A stretch of DNA of 64,000 nucleotides from Deltaproteobacteria bacterium (GCA_043747815.1 JAYTOL010000037.1:11695-75694), one strand, 5' to 3'; shown: positions 11,795 through 22,035, counted from the stretch's first letter. Notes: a model not told the origin generated them from the sequence alone. Numbers and translations are program-made.

Positions 11795-14319
11795 CAAGGT
11801 TCCGCGAATTTGCTCATATCGACGGGCACGGGGCGGATCTTCCAGATCTCCTCGGCGTACTGGCTGACGGTCTCGTCGCTCGAGAAGCGGGCCGATCCGG
11901 CGATGTTGAGCAGCGCCTTGCGGGACCAGGTGCGGCGATCCGTGTACAGGCGAGCGGCCTCGGCTTCCGTCGCGACATAGGCGTCGAAGTCCGCGCAGAC
12001 CATGAACGCATCTACGTTCTTTAGATTGTCGACCACGGAGGCGTACCGGTGGGGGTCGTTCGGGCTAAAGAAGCCTTTCTCCAACATGCCAACGACCTCG
12101 CGTAGCCGTGGGCTCCGGTCGATGTAGGTGTTGGGGTTGTAGCCGCGATTGCGCACCTCCTTGACCTCGGGGGCGGTCAGGCCAAAGAGGAAGAAGTTCT
12201 CCTCCCCGACCTCTTCACGGATCTCCACGTTGGCCCCGTCGAGAGTGCCGATCGTGAGCGCCCCGTTCATCGTCAACTTCATGTTGCCCGTGCCGGAGGC
12301 CTCTTTGCCCGCAAGCGAGATCTGTACGGACAGGTCGGCGCCGGGGATCAACACCTCGGCGAGCGACACGCCATAGTTCGGGACGAAAGCGACGCGGATC
12401 CGCCTCGAGATAGCCGGGTCACCGTTGATGATGTCGGCCACGTCGTTGATCAAGTGGATGTGCTGCTTGGCGATCTGGTAGCCCGGGGCGGCCTTCCCGG
12501 AGAAAATGTAGGTGCGCGGGACGATCGCCATGTTGGGGTCGCGCTTGATGTCGATATATAGGGAGATGACCTGCAAAATCGCCAAGAGCTGGCGCTTGTA
12601 TTCGTGGATGCGCTTGACCTGTACGACGAACATGCTGTCCGGATCGAGGTCTACGTTGATGCGTTCCTTGACCAGGCGCGCGACCGCGAGCTTGTTCTGC
12701 CGCTTGACGCTCCAGAGCTTCTCGAGCAGGGCTTCGTCTCCGACGTGGTCCCGTAGCCGCTTGATTTGGTTGAAGTCGCGCAGCGTCCAGTCCGAGCCGA
12801 TGCGCGTGGTGATCAGGTCGCTCAGTGGCTTGTTGGCGTGCAAGAGCCAGCGCCGCGGCGTCACGCCGTTCGTCTTGTTGTTGAAGCGCTCGGGCCACAG
12901 CTCGTAGAAGTCCTTGAGCAGGTCCTCCTTGATCAGCTCCGTGTGCAGCTTGGCCACGCCATTCACGCTGAACGAGCCGACGGTGGCGAGGTTCGCCATG
13001 CGGATCTGCTTGTCCGGGCCCTCTTCGATCAAGCTCATGCGCTGCAGCCGCTCGGTGTCGTTAGGCCAACGCACGTGCACCGTCTTGAGGAAGCGCCGGT
13101 TGATCTCGTAGATGATCTGCAGGTGCCGGGGCAGCAGCTTCTCAAACATGCGCACGGGCCACTTCTCGAGCGCCTCGGGCAAGAGGGTGTGGTTGGTATA
13201 TCCGAAGGTCCGTTGGCACAGGTCCCACGCACGATCCCATTCGAGGTTCTCCAGATCGACGAGCACGCGCATCAGCTCTGCCACCGCGATGCTCGGGTGC
13301 GTGTCGTTGAGCTGGACGGCGATGCGATCCGGCAGGTCGTCAAACGTGCTGTGCCGCGTCTTGTAGCGGCGCACGACGTCCGCGATCGAGCAAGCCACGA
13401 AGAAGTACTGCTGCTGCAGCCGCAGCCGCTTGCCTGCGTCTGTCGAGTCGTTGGGGTAGAGCACCTTGGAGATGCTCTCACTGTCGATCTTCTGTTCTAC
13501 CGCACGCCGGAAGTCACCCTCATTGAACAACGCCAGGTTGAAATCGCGCGTGGCGCGCGCGGACCAGAGCCGCAGCGTCCCTACCGTGTCCGTCTGGTGG
13601 CCGACGATGTAGATGTCGTAAGGCAGGCCGATCACCTGCTCCGTGTCGACCCAATGCACCTTCAGGCGCCCGCCAGCTTCGGTGTGCGTCTCGACCCGCC
13701 CGCCGAAGTTGACGATCTGAGACAGCTCGTAGCGCGGCATTTCGCGCGCGCTGCCGTCCTGGAGCCAGTCGTCACGCTGCTCGACTTGCTGACCGTCTTT
13801 CATGAGCTGCTTGAAGATGCCGTAGTCGTAGCGAATGCCGTAGCCCATCGCGGGCAGCTCCATCGTGGCGAGGGAGTCCATGAAACAAGCCGCCAGCCGC
13901 CCGAGGCCGCCATTGCCGAGCCCGGGGTCGCTCTCACACTCCAGCACCGTCTCCAGATCACAGCCGTGCTCGCGCAAGATCTCCGCGATCTGATCCTCGA
14001 GGCCCAAGTTGACCAGGCACAAGCCCAGGCTGCGCCCGATCAAGAACTCCGAAGACAGGTAACACACGAGCTTGACGTCGCCGTTGGCGAGGTACGTGTT
14101 CCGCGTCGCGAGCCAGCGGTGGATCAGGCGGTCTCGCACCGCGTGTGAGAGCGCACGATAGAAATCAAAGGGGGTCGCGTCGCTGATGTCTTTGGTGCAG
14201 GTGTAGAGCAAGTGATCGATGAGCGCACGCCGCAGCGCAGGGGTCGACATGCCCGTTCGAACTCCGGGCGTGGTCAGGTGGCTACTGCTGTTCTCTTGGG
14301 CGTCCAACTCTCGAATCAT
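11794..14319 (-). CDS. glgP: Glycogen/alpha-glucan phosphorylase
   Basis: 841 aa. PLP-lysine motif EASGTGNMKLTMNGALTIGTLDGANVEI. Typical N-terminus ALSHAVRDRLIHRW. A GAGGAG Shine-Dalgarno lies 7 nt upstream of ATG 14319. Confidence 0.95.
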   Translation of the reverse strand: MIRELDAQENSSSHLTTPGVRTGMSTPALRRALIDHLLYTCTKDISDATPFDFYRALSHAVRDRLIHRWLATRNTYLANGDVKLVCYLSSEFLIGRSLGLCLVNLGLEDQIAEILREHGCDLETVLECESDPGLGNGGLGRLAACFMDSLATMELPAMGYGIRYDYGIFKQLMKDGQQVEQRDDWLQDGSAREMPRYELSQIVNFGGRVETHTEAGGRLKVHWVDTEQVIGLPYDIYIVGHQTDTVGTLRLWSARATRDFNLALFNEGDFRRAVEQKIDSESISKVLYPNDSTDAGKRLRLQQQYFFVACSIADVVRRYKTRHSTFDDLPDRIAVQLNDTHPSIAVAELMRVLVDLENLEWDRAWDLCQRTFGYTNHTLLPEALEKWPVRMFEKLLPRHLQIIYEINRRFLKTVHVRWPNDTERLQRMSLIEEGPDKQIRMANLATVGSFSVNGVAKLHTELIKEDLLKDFYELWPERFNNKTNGVTPRRWLLHANKPLSDLITTRIGSDWTLRDFNQIKRLRDHVGDEALLEKLWSVKRQNKLAVARLVKERINVDLDPDSMFVVQVKRIHEYKRQLLAILQVISLYIDIKRDPNMAIVPRTYIFSGKAAPGYQIAKQHIHLINDVADIINGDPAISRRIRVAFVPNYGVSLAEVLIPGADLSVQISLAGKEASGTGNMKLTMNGALTIGTLDGANVEIREEVGEENFFLFGLTAPEVKEVRNRGYNPNTYIDRSPRLREVVGMLEKGFFSPNDPHRYASVVDNLKNVDAFMVCADFDAYVATEAEAARLYTDRRTWSRKALLNIAGSARFSSDETVSQYAEEIWKIRPVPVDMSKFAEP

Positions 14320-14485
14320 TCTGTGGCTCCTCGGTTCTCGACTGCACGCGGTCCAAACACGACGTAAGTGTTTTTACGGTGTATTTCGAGCGTACGATAG
14401 CCGCTGAGCTGCATCAGCCATCCGTCCGGTACGGACCGCGTCCCTCGCCCTTGAACTCCGCTCCGGCTCAATCGACAATCGCCTC

Positions 14486-14965
14486 ATGAAGTACGATCTA
14501 AAGCTCCGAACCCTGGGCGGCGACCCGCGTTCGCTCGAAGACTATCAGGGCCAGGCCCTCCTCATCGTCAACGTGGCGTCCAAGTGCGGGCTCACCCCTC
14601 AGTACGCGGGGCTCCAGGCTCTGCACGAGCAATACGGTGAGCGAGGTCTCACGGTGCTCGGCTTCCCGTGCAACCAGTTTGGCGCGCAAGAGCCGGGCAG
14701 CGCCGAGCAAATCACCGAGTTTTGTACCGCCAACTATGGCGTCACGTTTCCCATGTTCGAAAAGCTCTCCGTCAATGGCCCTGACCGTCACCCTCTCTAC
14801 ACGGAGCTGACAAAGGTCGCCGACGCGAGCGGTAAAGCCGGAGACGTGGAGTGGAACTTCGAGAAGTTTTTTGTGGGTGCGGATGGCGCAGTGCGGCGCT
14901 TTCGGCCCAAGACCAAGCCGGACGACCCGAGCCTCGTCGAGGCCATCGAAGACGCCTTGCCTTGA
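14486..14965 (+). CDS. Glutathione peroxidase (Cys-type)
   Basis: Motifs VNVASKCGLTPQY, FPCNQFGAQEPG and WNFEKF. The active-site residue is encoded by TGC (Cys), not TGA (Sec). Confidence 0.9.
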   Translation: MKYDLKLRTLGGDPRSLEDYQGQALLIVNVASKCGLTPQYAGLQALHEQYGERGLTVLGFPCNQFGAQEPGSAEQITEFCTANYGVTFPMFEKLSVNGPDRHPLYTELTKVADASGKAGDVEWNFEKFFVGADGAVRRFRPKTKPDDPSLVEAIEDALP

Positions 14966-15052
14966 GCGCTTCGACTGGGTAGCCCCGTCGGCCCCCAAGC
15001 CTTGACAGGGGTAGGGAAACGCGCGACTGACGCGGCTCAGACTGGAGTCGTA

Positions 15053-16945
15053 ATGAGTTTTCCCATCGATCTCGGCGCGTATGTGCCACTTTCTCTCGAT
15101 CTGGCGGCGGAGTCGCTGACCCCCGCCGCTGCCCGGCAGCTCGGCGCCAACGTTCAGCTCGCGCGCGACGCGATCGTGTTCTTTACGGCGTTGGCACACG
15201 CTCGCGGCTTGGGGGGCCACACTGGAGGTGCTTACGACATCACGCCAGAGTTGCTGCTGGCGGATGCCTTCATGCGCGGCAACCCTCGCATCTTGCCCCA
15301 CTACTACGACGAGGCGGGGCACCGTGTCGCCATTCAATATTTGATGAGCGTGCTCAACGGGCACCTGCGCGCGGAGTCGCTCTTGCACTACCGCGAAGCG
15401 GAGTGGAAGCTTCCGGGGCATCCCGAGCGGGGCTTCACGCCGGGCATCACTTTTTCCTCCGGGCGGCTCGGCCACCTGTGGCCGTACGTGAACGGCATCG
15501 CCGCGCGCGAGCCGGACAAGGCGCTGGTGCTGTTTGGCTCGGACGGCTCACAGCAGGAGGGCAATAGCGCAGAGGCCGCGCGCTTCGCAGTGGCTCGCGG
15601 TCTCGAGGTCAAGCTCATCATCGATGACAACGACGTGACGATTTCGGGTCATCCCAGCCAGTATCTGAAGGGCTACGATCTTCAGAAGACCTTGGCCGGG
15701 CACGGGCTCCGGGTGGAGAGCGTGAACGCCGAGGACGTGCATGCCCTGCACGGCGCGATGCGGCGCTTGCTCACGAGCAAAGGGCCCGCAGCCCTGCTCT
15801 GCAAACGGCCTATGGCGCCCGGCATCGCAGGGATCGAAGGCAGCCCCAAGGGGCACGACGCCATCCCGGTTGCCGCGGGCATCGAGTACTTGCGCGCCCG
15901 AGGCCACGAGGCCGCGGCACGTGTGCTCGAAGACGCGAAGCCCGCGCCCAAGCTTCCTCAGCTGCGCGGCAGCTCCGGCGCCCGCACGGCCGTGCGCACC
16001 GTCTTCGGCGAGGCGCTCTCCGAGGTACTCGAGGGGCTCGACAAAGCGACGCGCGCTCGCACCTGGGTCGTCGACAGCGACCTGGCGGGCTCGTGCGGCC
16101 TATCCGTCATCGCCAAGGCCTGGCCAGAGGTCTACGTCGCGGGCGGCATCATGGAGCGCAGCAATTTTTCCGCGGCCGCCGGCTTTGGCTCGGAGCCGGG
16201 CTACCAGGGGGTGTTCGGCACGTTCTCGGCGTTCCTGGAGATGATCGTGTCCGAAGTCTCGATGGCGCGCTTGAACGAGAGCAACGTGCTGGCTCACTTC
16301 TCGCACGCCGGCGTGGCCGACATCCTGGACAACACCTGCCATTTCGGCATCAATAATTTCTTCGCCGACAACGGCCTCGGTCCGGGCGATAGCACGCGCC
16401 TCTACTTCCCGGCAGACCAACACCAGATGCGCGCGGTGGTTCACCGCGTGTTCTCCGACGCGGGCTTGCGTTTCATCTTCTCGCCGCGCGCCGCGCTGCC
16501 CGACATTCAGGACGACGCTGGCAAGCCGCTCTACGGCGAGGGCTATCGCTTCGAACCTGGGGTCGATCACGTCGTACGCGAGGGCAAGGCAGGGTGGGTC
16601 GTCAGCTACGGCGACGTATTGCATCTCGCGCTGGATGCGGTGCTGGGGCTCAGAGCGGCGGGCCTCGACGTGGGTCTGATCAACAAGAGTACCCTCAACC
16701 AGGTGGATGAGGCGACGCTCGCGCGCGTGGGCCAGAGCGAGTTCGTGCTGGTCGCGGAGAGCCAGAGTCGGAGCACGGGCCTCGGTTCGCGCTTCGGCAC
16801 CTGGCTGCTCGAGCGAGGGCTACGGCCGCGCTACGCGCGGGTGGGGACGCACGTGCGAGGGAACGGCGGCGCGTTCGAGCAGATCGTCCAACAGGGACTG
16901 GACGCGCCGAGCATCAGCCAGGCTATCAAGAGGCTTTGCGGCTGA
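15053..16945 (+). CDS. Transketolase-family thiamine-diphosphate enzyme
   Basis: Motifs GGHTGGAYDI, GSDGSQQEGNSAEAARFA and LIIDDNDVTISG (TPP-binding region), followed by Pyr and C-terminal domains. ATG 15053 is preceded by GGAG; the ORF opens at TTG 15002. Confidence 0.75.
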   Translation: MSFPIDLGAYVPLSLDLAAESLTPAAARQLGANVQLARDAIVFFTALAHARGLGGHTGGAYDITPELLLADAFMRGNPRILPHYYDEAGHRVAIQYLMSVLNGHLRAESLLHYREAEWKLPGHPERGFTPGITFSSGRLGHLWPYVNGIAAREPDKALVLFGSDGSQQEGNSAEAARFAVARGLEVKLIIDDNDVTISGHPSQYLKGYDLQKTLAGHGLRVESVNAEDVHALHGAMRRLLTSKGPAALLCKRPMAPGIAGIEGSPKGHDAIPVAAGIEYLRARGHEAAARVLEDAKPAPKLPQLRGSSGARTAVRTVFGEALSEVLEGLDKATRARTWVVDSDLAGSCGLSVIAKAWPEVYVAGGIMERSNFSAAAGFGSEPGYQGVFGTFSAFLEMIVSEVSMARLNESNVLAHFSHAGVADILDNTCHFGINNFFADNGLGPGDSTRLYFPADQHQMRAVVHRVFSDAGLRFIFSPRAALPDIQDDAGKPLYGEGYRFEPGVDHVVREGKAGWVVSYGDVLHLALDAVLGLRAAGLDVGLINKSTLNQVDEATLARVGQSEFVLVAESQSRSTGLGSRFGTWLLERGLRPRYARVGTHVRGNGGAFEQIVQQGLDAPSISQAIKRLCG

Positions 16946-18533
16946 CGTCCCCCTGCGACCAGTGTCCGTCGATGCGTCGCCACATCTTCCCGGTCGGGTT
17001 GTGATCGGCGAGCTCGGGCGGGAGGCGCTGCGGGCGGACTTGGTCGTAGCAGTGCAGAGCAGTGAAACGCACGATGCTCGCGGGGAGGCCCACGCTCGTG
17101 AAGCCGGGGTGCCCCGTCGCAGGAAAAGGGCCACCGTGATTCATCGCGGGTGACACCGCGACGCCGGTGGGCATCTTGTCGTTGAGCAAACGCCCGACGC
17201 GCTGGCGCAAGCGCGGCTCGAGCGCGCGGGCGACCGGCTCGTCTTCCCCCTGACTGTCGCTGTAGATGGCAGCGGTCAAGCTCCCCTGGAGCGCGTTCGC
17301 GATCGCGCAGAGCTCGTCCGTCCCTTGGGCGAACACCAGCAAATGCGCGGGGCCAAATGCCTCGGCCTGCAGCGCGTTTGGATGCTTTAGAAAGTCGCTA
17401 CCCGACACGAGCGCCAGCGTATTTTCGAACGCGAACCCCGGGCCTTTGGCCTTCCCACCCGTCAACAGCTGAGCTCCATGCGACAGCCAGCCCGCGAGGC
17501 TCTCGCTGACGTGCCCCGCGCTCTCAGGCCCGAACAGCGCCCCGCGGGGTGCAGCCTCCAAGAGCCCCTTCAGCTCGGCCGCGAAAGCATCGGCGAGGCC
17601 GCCCTCACACAGCACGCTGATGCCGGGCTTGGTGCAGAACTGCCCTGCGCCGAGCGTACAAGACGCGGCGAGCTCCTTCGCGATGCTGGCGCCGCGCTCG
17701 CGCAGGGCCGCCGGCAAGATGAACAGCGGATTGATCGCTGACAGCTCGAGATAGATAGGTTTGCCCGCCTGATCGGCGGCGGCCTTCAGCGCCAGCCCGG
17801 CGCGCCGGCTGCCGGTGAAGGCGCTGGCGCCGAGCTTGGGGTGCGCGACCAGCTCGAGCCCGAGCTCCGGCGGCAGGCCGTAGAGCAATTGAACGCTCGC
17901 CGCCGGCAAGCCGCTGTGGCTCAGCGCCTCTGACGCTGCTTCTGCCAAGAGGCGCGTGGTGTCGAGGTGGCCGGGGTGCGCCTTGGCGATCACGGGGTTA
18001 CCGGCGGCGATCGCGGCAGCGAAGTCGCCGCCCAGCATGGCATTGAAGGCAAAAGGAAAGTTGTTTGGCCCAAACACCGCTACCGGGCCCCCGAGCGGGC
18101 CGCGCATGGATCGGATCTCATTTTTCGTGTCGATGCAGGCGTCGCAAAACGAGCGCTCGCGCGCTGCTACGGCGGCTTGGCGCAGCTGCCCGGCCGTGCG
18201 CGGGAGCTCGACGTTCTTCAGCCGGGGCTCCATCGGCAGCCCCGTCTCGAGATGTGCGCTGGCCACCAGGGCGTCTGCCCGAGCCTCGAGGTTGTCCGCG
18301 CAGCGCTCCAGAAAAGCCCCGATCCGCGCCGGGTCCGTCGCGCGCAGCTCGCCTGCCGCTGCGCTGCCGGCGGCCAGAGCCGCCTTCAGCGTCGCCTCTC
18401 CCGAAATCGGGAAGCGCGCTTCGAGCCGCTCCCCGGTGCGCGGATTGTACGACCAGAGTTGCCCTTCTGGTGAGGCCTCCGCTTGCCAGCGCCCGGAGAT
18501 CCAGATCGATTGTAGCGACATCGAGCCTTCCAT
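16926..18533 (-). CDS. NAD(P)-dependent aldehyde dehydrogenase, alpha-ketoglutarate-semialdehyde dehydrogenase-like
   Basis: ALDH motifs FTGSRRAG and ELSAINP, plus the catalytic-Cys region GAGQFCTKPG typical of the KGSADH subgroup. The 3' end overlaps the convergent transketolase-family gene by 20 nt. Confidence 0.8.
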   Translation of the reverse strand: MEGSMSLQSIWISGRWQAEASPEGQLWSYNPRTGERLEARFPISGEATLKAALAAGSAAAGELRATDPARIGAFLERCADNLEARADALVASAHLETGLPMEPRLKNVELPRTAGQLRQAAVAARERSFCDACIDTKNEIRSMRGPLGGPVAVFGPNNFPFAFNAMLGGDFAAAIAAGNPVIAKAHPGHLDTTRLLAEAASEALSHSGLPAASVQLLYGLPPELGLELVAHPKLGASAFTGSRRAGLALKAAADQAGKPIYLELSAINPLFILPAALRERGASIAKELAASCTLGAGQFCTKPGISVLCEGGLADAFAAELKGLLEAAPRGALFGPESAGHVSESLAGWLSHGAQLLTGGKAKGPGFAFENTLALVSGSDFLKHPNALQAEAFGPAHLLVFAQGTDELCAIANALQGSLTAAIYSDSQGEDEPVARALEPRLRQRVGRLLNDKMPTGVAVSPAMNHGGPFPATGHPGFTSVGLPASIVRFTALHCYDQVRPQRLPPELADHNPTGKMWRRIDGHWSQGDVSRKAS

Positions 18534-19351
18534 TAGTTCTGTGCCACTTCGTTTTCGAGCTTCGCGTCGGCGACTTGGATCTCCACCACGTCGCCTCCCA
18601 GCAAGCTGAAGTCGTCTGGCGGAACGATGCCCGTCCCCGTCATCAGGAAGACGCCTTGGGGAAAGCTCAGCTCTCGTCCCAGATAGCCTGCCAGCTCGGC
18701 CAGTGTCCGCTTCATCTCTGAGCTCCGCGTCTCCCCCTCGAAGATACGGCGGCCTGCCCGCGTGATGGTCAAGCGAATCGGCACGTTGGCAAGCCCGTCC
18801 TCCGTCGCCAGGAAAATGCCGGGCCCCAAAGCACAGCTGCCGTCGTAGAGCTTGGCTTGCGGCAGATACAGGGGATTTTCACCCTCGATGTCGCGCGAGG
18901 ACACATCGTTGCCCGCAGCGTAGCCAATCACCTCCAGCGCGCGATTCAACACGAGCGTCAGCTCCGGCTCGGGCACGCTCCACTGGCTATCCCTACGGAT
19001 TCTGATGCTCATCCCCGGACCGACCACGCGCCAGCCGGGCGACTTGAAAAATAGCTCCGGGCGGCTCGCGACGTACACCCTCTCGTAGACGTCTTTGACC
19101 GCCGACTCGACCGTGCGCGCCTCCCGGCTCCGCTTGTAGGTCACGCCGCTCGCCCACACCTCGTGCTCGCTCTCGATCGGGGCCAGCAGGGGACCGAGCG
19201 CTGGCTCGCGGCTGGCGATGCTGTCGAGGAAGGGCATGATGAAGGCGGGCGAGAGCTCCAGCAATACGCCGAGACGGAACCCCTCTGCTAGAAACTCGCC
19301 GTCTCTGGCCCAGCGCGGCCCGCTCGGTGTCGAATGTCGCGTCAGTAACAT
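18533..19351 (-). CDS. Fumarylacetoacetate-hydrolase-family protein (2-keto-3-deoxy-pentonate dehydratase-like)
   Basis: FAH-fold signature [31 protein letters not shown]. The stop TAA overlaps the downstream ALDH ATG (TAATG at 18531-18535). Confidence 0.7.
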   Translation of the reverse strand: MLLTRHSTPSGPRWARDGEFLAEGFRLGVLLELSPAFIMPFLDSIASREPALGPLLAPIESEHEVWASGVTYKRSREARTVESAVKDVYERVYVASRPELFFKSPGWRVVGPGMSIRIRRDSQWSVPEPELTLVLNRALEVIGYAAGNDVSSRDIEGENPLYLPQAKLYDGSCALGPGIFLATEDGLANVPIRLTITRAGRRIFEGETRSSEMKRTLAELAGYLGRELSFPQGVFLMTGTGIVPPDDFSLLGGDVVEIQVADAKLENEVAQN

Positions 19352-19446
19352 GGCTCTGGTCTATCCGTTGCCTCGCATCGACCCGTCAAGCGGCATCGCT
19401 CGGGCTGCCCGTCGTTCGCCCTCATCCTCCGAAACGGAGCGCTGCG

Positions 19447-20313
19447 CTACAGCACCTCGATCAGCGCCGACATATCCTCTTCCGACAAGCCAGCATCGCT
19501 CGCTAGCGCGAGCTGCGCGCGGACTGCGACCCCGAGCGGAGCGGAAGCGCCAGCGAGCCCGGTCGCCAGGCGCACGTCCTTGAGCATATGTTTGATCGAG
19601 AACTGTGGCGCATATTCGCCGCTCCGCAGCTTGGGCTCCTTCAGCGAGTGGAACCCGGACCACAGGGCGGTGCCTCGCAAGATCTCGAAGTAGTCTTCAT
19701 CGCTCAGACCGGACTGCCGCGAGAGGCGCAAGCTCTCGCACAGCCCCTGCATGGTGATGGCCACGTGCAGGTTGAACGACAGCTTCAAAGCCGCCGCCTG
19801 GGCCTCACTGCCGACCAGGCGCCGGACGCTCGACAGATGCGCCAACACCGAAAGCGCTCGTCCTACCCCGGGCTCTGCGCCACCCATCAAAAAAACCGTC
19901 TTGCGCTGTTCCGCGGCGGGCCGGCTGCCCATGAAGGGCGCTTCCACGTAGCTCGCGCCGCGCGCCTTTACGCGCTTGGCAAACGCCGTCGCGCTCTCTG
20001 GATCGATGGTCGTCGATTGAATCACCAGCTGCGTTGGGCCTAGCTCGGGCTCGATCGCCGAGAGCACCTGCTCTACCGCGCTCGGGTCCGATACGACGAT
20101 GTGCAGCACCGTCGAGGCGCGCGCGACCGCCGACGCGTCGGCAACGGGCCTGGGCACTCGAGATTTTGGGGACCGGTTCCAGGTCGCTACGAGCAGACCA
20201 TCAGCGGCGTAGTTGGCGGCCCACACGCTGCCGATGATGCCCAGACCGATCACACCCACGCGCTCGTCGAGCGCAACCTTTACGGCTTCGTTCCCCGCTG
20301 CTCCTTCAATCAT
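19447..20313 (-). CDS. NAD(P)-dependent oxidoreductase, 3-hydroxyisobutyrate/6-phosphogluconate dehydrogenase-like
   Basis: N-terminal Rossmann motif VGVIGLGIIGSVWA, and a C-terminal all-helical domain typical of the HIBADH family. Confidence 0.75.
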   Translation of the reverse strand: MIEGAAGNEAVKVALDERVGVIGLGIIGSVWAANYAADGLLVATWNRSPKSRVPRPVADASAVARASTVLHIVVSDPSAVEQVLSAIEPELGPTQLVIQSTTIDPESATAFAKRVKARGASYVEAPFMGSRPAAEQRKTVFLMGGAEPGVGRALSVLAHLSSVRRLVGSEAQAAALKLSFNLHVAITMQGLCESLRLSRQSGLSDEDYFEILRGTALWSGFHSLKEPKLRSGEYAPQFSIKHMLKDVRLATGLAGASAPLGVAVRAQLALASDAGLSEEDMSALIEVL

Positions 20314-20622
20314 GGCGCGGTTTTAGCGCGCCCGGCCTTGCGTCGATAGCGACTCCAGTGGGCATTGTCGCATGACTGGATTCTTCCAGTGATCGGCAAA
20401 CGCTTCAGCAGATGTGACGTCTGGCTGGCGCATCCGCGATTTATGAGCCATTTCGGCACGTCGCGCGGCGGGGCAGAGCAGCGGAAATCTCCTACCATGT
20501 GATCTTTCCCATTGATTGCTAGCGCTCGCGTTCTAAAAGAGGGGTGTAACAAGTTAAGGTTGCCCGTGCGCCGGCACTCTGCACGCTCGGTTTCTCGCCT
20601 TATTTTTGGAGAATTTGCTTTC

Positions 20623-21318
20623 ATGCGCTCTTGGACTGACTTGAAAATCGTGCTTTGTGCGGTGTGTGTGGCCGGCGGTGTGGCGTGCTCAGATGACGAC
20701 CCTGACGGCGGGATCGCCAATCCCCCGGCCAATGGTGGCAGCGCGGGCGCGGCAGGCAGCGCGGGCGCGGGCGGCTCCGCCGGGCAGGGTGGAGCGGCGG
20801 GCGGCGCCGTTACCGCTGGCTCGGGCGGCTCCGCGGGCGCGGCAGCAGGTGCATCGGGTGGCGCGGGTGCCCCGGGCGTCGCGGTCACTTCGGATGCGGG
20901 TGTCGTGGTGAGCGCGCCGGACGCAGGGGACGGCCCAGGTGAGCCGGATGCCGGTGGTGGGGATCCTGGCCCTGTAGACCCGGGCCCTGTGGATCCGGTC
21001 CCTGTGGATCCGGAGCCGACCGTGACTTTCGGTGACGTCTTCCCGGTCCTCGTCGCTCGGTGTGGCGGTTGCCACGGCGCCAACGCGCCGGGAGCCCGGC
21101 CGCGCTTCGCGGTCACGGGGAATGAGGCCGCGTCCTTCGCGGCGACGCAGGCGATGTCGCAGGGGGCAGTCGTATCTGCTCGCATCATCACACTCGCGGT
21201 CAATCAGGGCTCAATGCCTCCGGCTTGTGGTGGTGGCGATCCAGGTCAGGCGGGTTGCATCAGCGTAGCGGAGGCCACCCAGCTCAGTGCGTGGGTCGAT
21301 CAAGGCGCCCAACCGTAA
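20623..21318 (+). CDS. Lipoprotein with a Gly/Ala-rich tether and a C-terminal c-type-cytochrome-like domain (paralog 1)
   Basis: Signal and lipobox MRSWTDLKIVLCAVCVAGGVAC|SDDD. A GSAGA-type linker and a PGPVD x3 repeat follow. The C-terminal domain has FGDVFPVLVARCGGCHG (CxxCH), SMPP, and GCISVAEATQLSAWVDQGAQP. Confidence 0.75.
   Translation: MRSWTDLKIVLCAVCVAGGVACSDDDPDGGIANPPANGGSAGAAGSAGAGGSAGQGGAAGGAVTAGSGGSAGAAAGASGGAGAPGVAVTSDAGVVVSAPDAGDGPGEPDAGGGDPGPVDPGPVDPVPVDPEPTVTFGDVFPVLVARCGGCHGANAPGARPRFAVTGNEAASFAATQAMSQGAVVSARIITLAVNQGSMPPACGGGDPGQAGCISVAEATQLSAWVDQGAQP
20965..21009 (+). repeat. 15-bp in-frame tandem repeat (3 copies) encoding PGPVD/PVPVD
   Basis: cctggccctgtagac | ccgggccctgtggat | ccggtccctgtggat, inside the linker of lipoprotein paralog 1. 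Confidence 0.85.
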
Positions 21319-21414
21319 TCAAGTTCGTGCTTGGGCCGCGCGCGCCTCTGCCGAGCCGCTCGATCACGTTCAGGCTCATGCTTTGCCGCCCCGCCGCCGC
21401 TCAGAAGAACCACC

Positions 21415-22035
21415 ATGCCCAAGCTCCTGACTTTGATCGCGTTATGCGCTCCACTCAGCCTCCTCGGTTGCTCCGATGACGACGGCGCCAATGTTCCCCG
21501 CAACGGCCCACCGGGCCAGGGCGGGTCAGGGGGCGGCGACCAGGGTGGCGCGGCGGGTGCGGGCGCCGGGCGAGCTGGCTCCGGCGGTGCCTCCGGCTCG
21601 TCCGCGGTGGATGCCGGAGGCGCCGCGGGCTGCTCGAATGCCCCGGACGCAGGCCTCGATGCGGGCCTTGCCGACGGCGGGCTCTCGGACGCAGGCCTCG
21701 ATGCCGGTGATCCGGATGCCAGCGGCGACGGGGGCATATCGGGGCTCGTCAGTTTCGCCAGAGACATCCATCCCATCTTCGAAGCGAAATGCGGTCCGTG
21801 CCACGTCGATATCGGTTATGGGGGTCACAACGTCGGTGGTGAGCTCGAGCAGGCGTATGTCGACGCGGTGGGCTTGGGGCAGGTCTTGCTGATGCGCATC
21901 GACGGTGGCGGTATGCCGCCACCCAGCGCAGAGCCACCCAATGCCTGCAACGGTGACCCCGGCACGCCGGGCTGCCTGACGGTTGAGCAAGTCGCGTTGG
22001 TCGCTACCTGGATCGCTCAGTGCAATCCGAGGTGA
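21415..22035 (+). CDS. Lipoprotein with a Gly/Ala-rich tether and a C-terminal c-type-cytochrome-like domain (paralog 2)
   Basis: Signal and lipobox MPKLLTLIALCAPLSLLGC|SDDD. Domain motifs FARDIHPIFEAKCGPCHV (CxxCH), GGMPPP, and GCLTVEQVALVATWIAQ. Confidence 0.75.
   Translation: MPKLLTLIALCAPLSLLGCSDDDGANVPRNGPPGQGGSGGGDQGGAAGAGAGRAGSGGASGSSAVDAGGAAGCSNAPDAGLDAGLADGGLSDAGLDAGDPDASGDGGISGLVSFARDIHPIFEAKCGPCHVDIGYGGHNVGGELEQAYVDAVGLGQVLLMRIDGGGMPPPSAEPPNACNGDPGTPGCLTVEQVALVATWIAQCNPR

Noticed and set aside
12766-14148. 460-aa plus-strand ORF opposite glgP
   Set aside because: It is antisense to a gene with the diagnostic EASGTGNMK PLP site and has no motifs of its own.
14580-14600. Possible selenocysteine recoding in the glutathione peroxidase
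   Set aside because: The active-site codon in VASKCGLT is TGC (Cys), not an in-frame TGA. There is no reason to look for a SECIS element.
16926-16945. 20-nt overlap of the convergent 3' ends of the transketolase-family and ALDH genes as a regulatory feature
   Set aside because: Short convergent overlaps are common in compact high-GC genomes, and there is no additional structure here to support a specific mechanism.
20310-21203. 297-aa Pro/Ala-rich minus-strand ORF overlapping lipoprotein paralog 1, plus similar P-rich antisense ORFs at 21300..21776 and 49066..49668
   Set aside because: They are the reverse complement of Gly/Ala-rich linker coding sequence (GGC/GCC repeats read as Pro/Ala). 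The sense strand has a signal peptide, lipobox and conserved domain.
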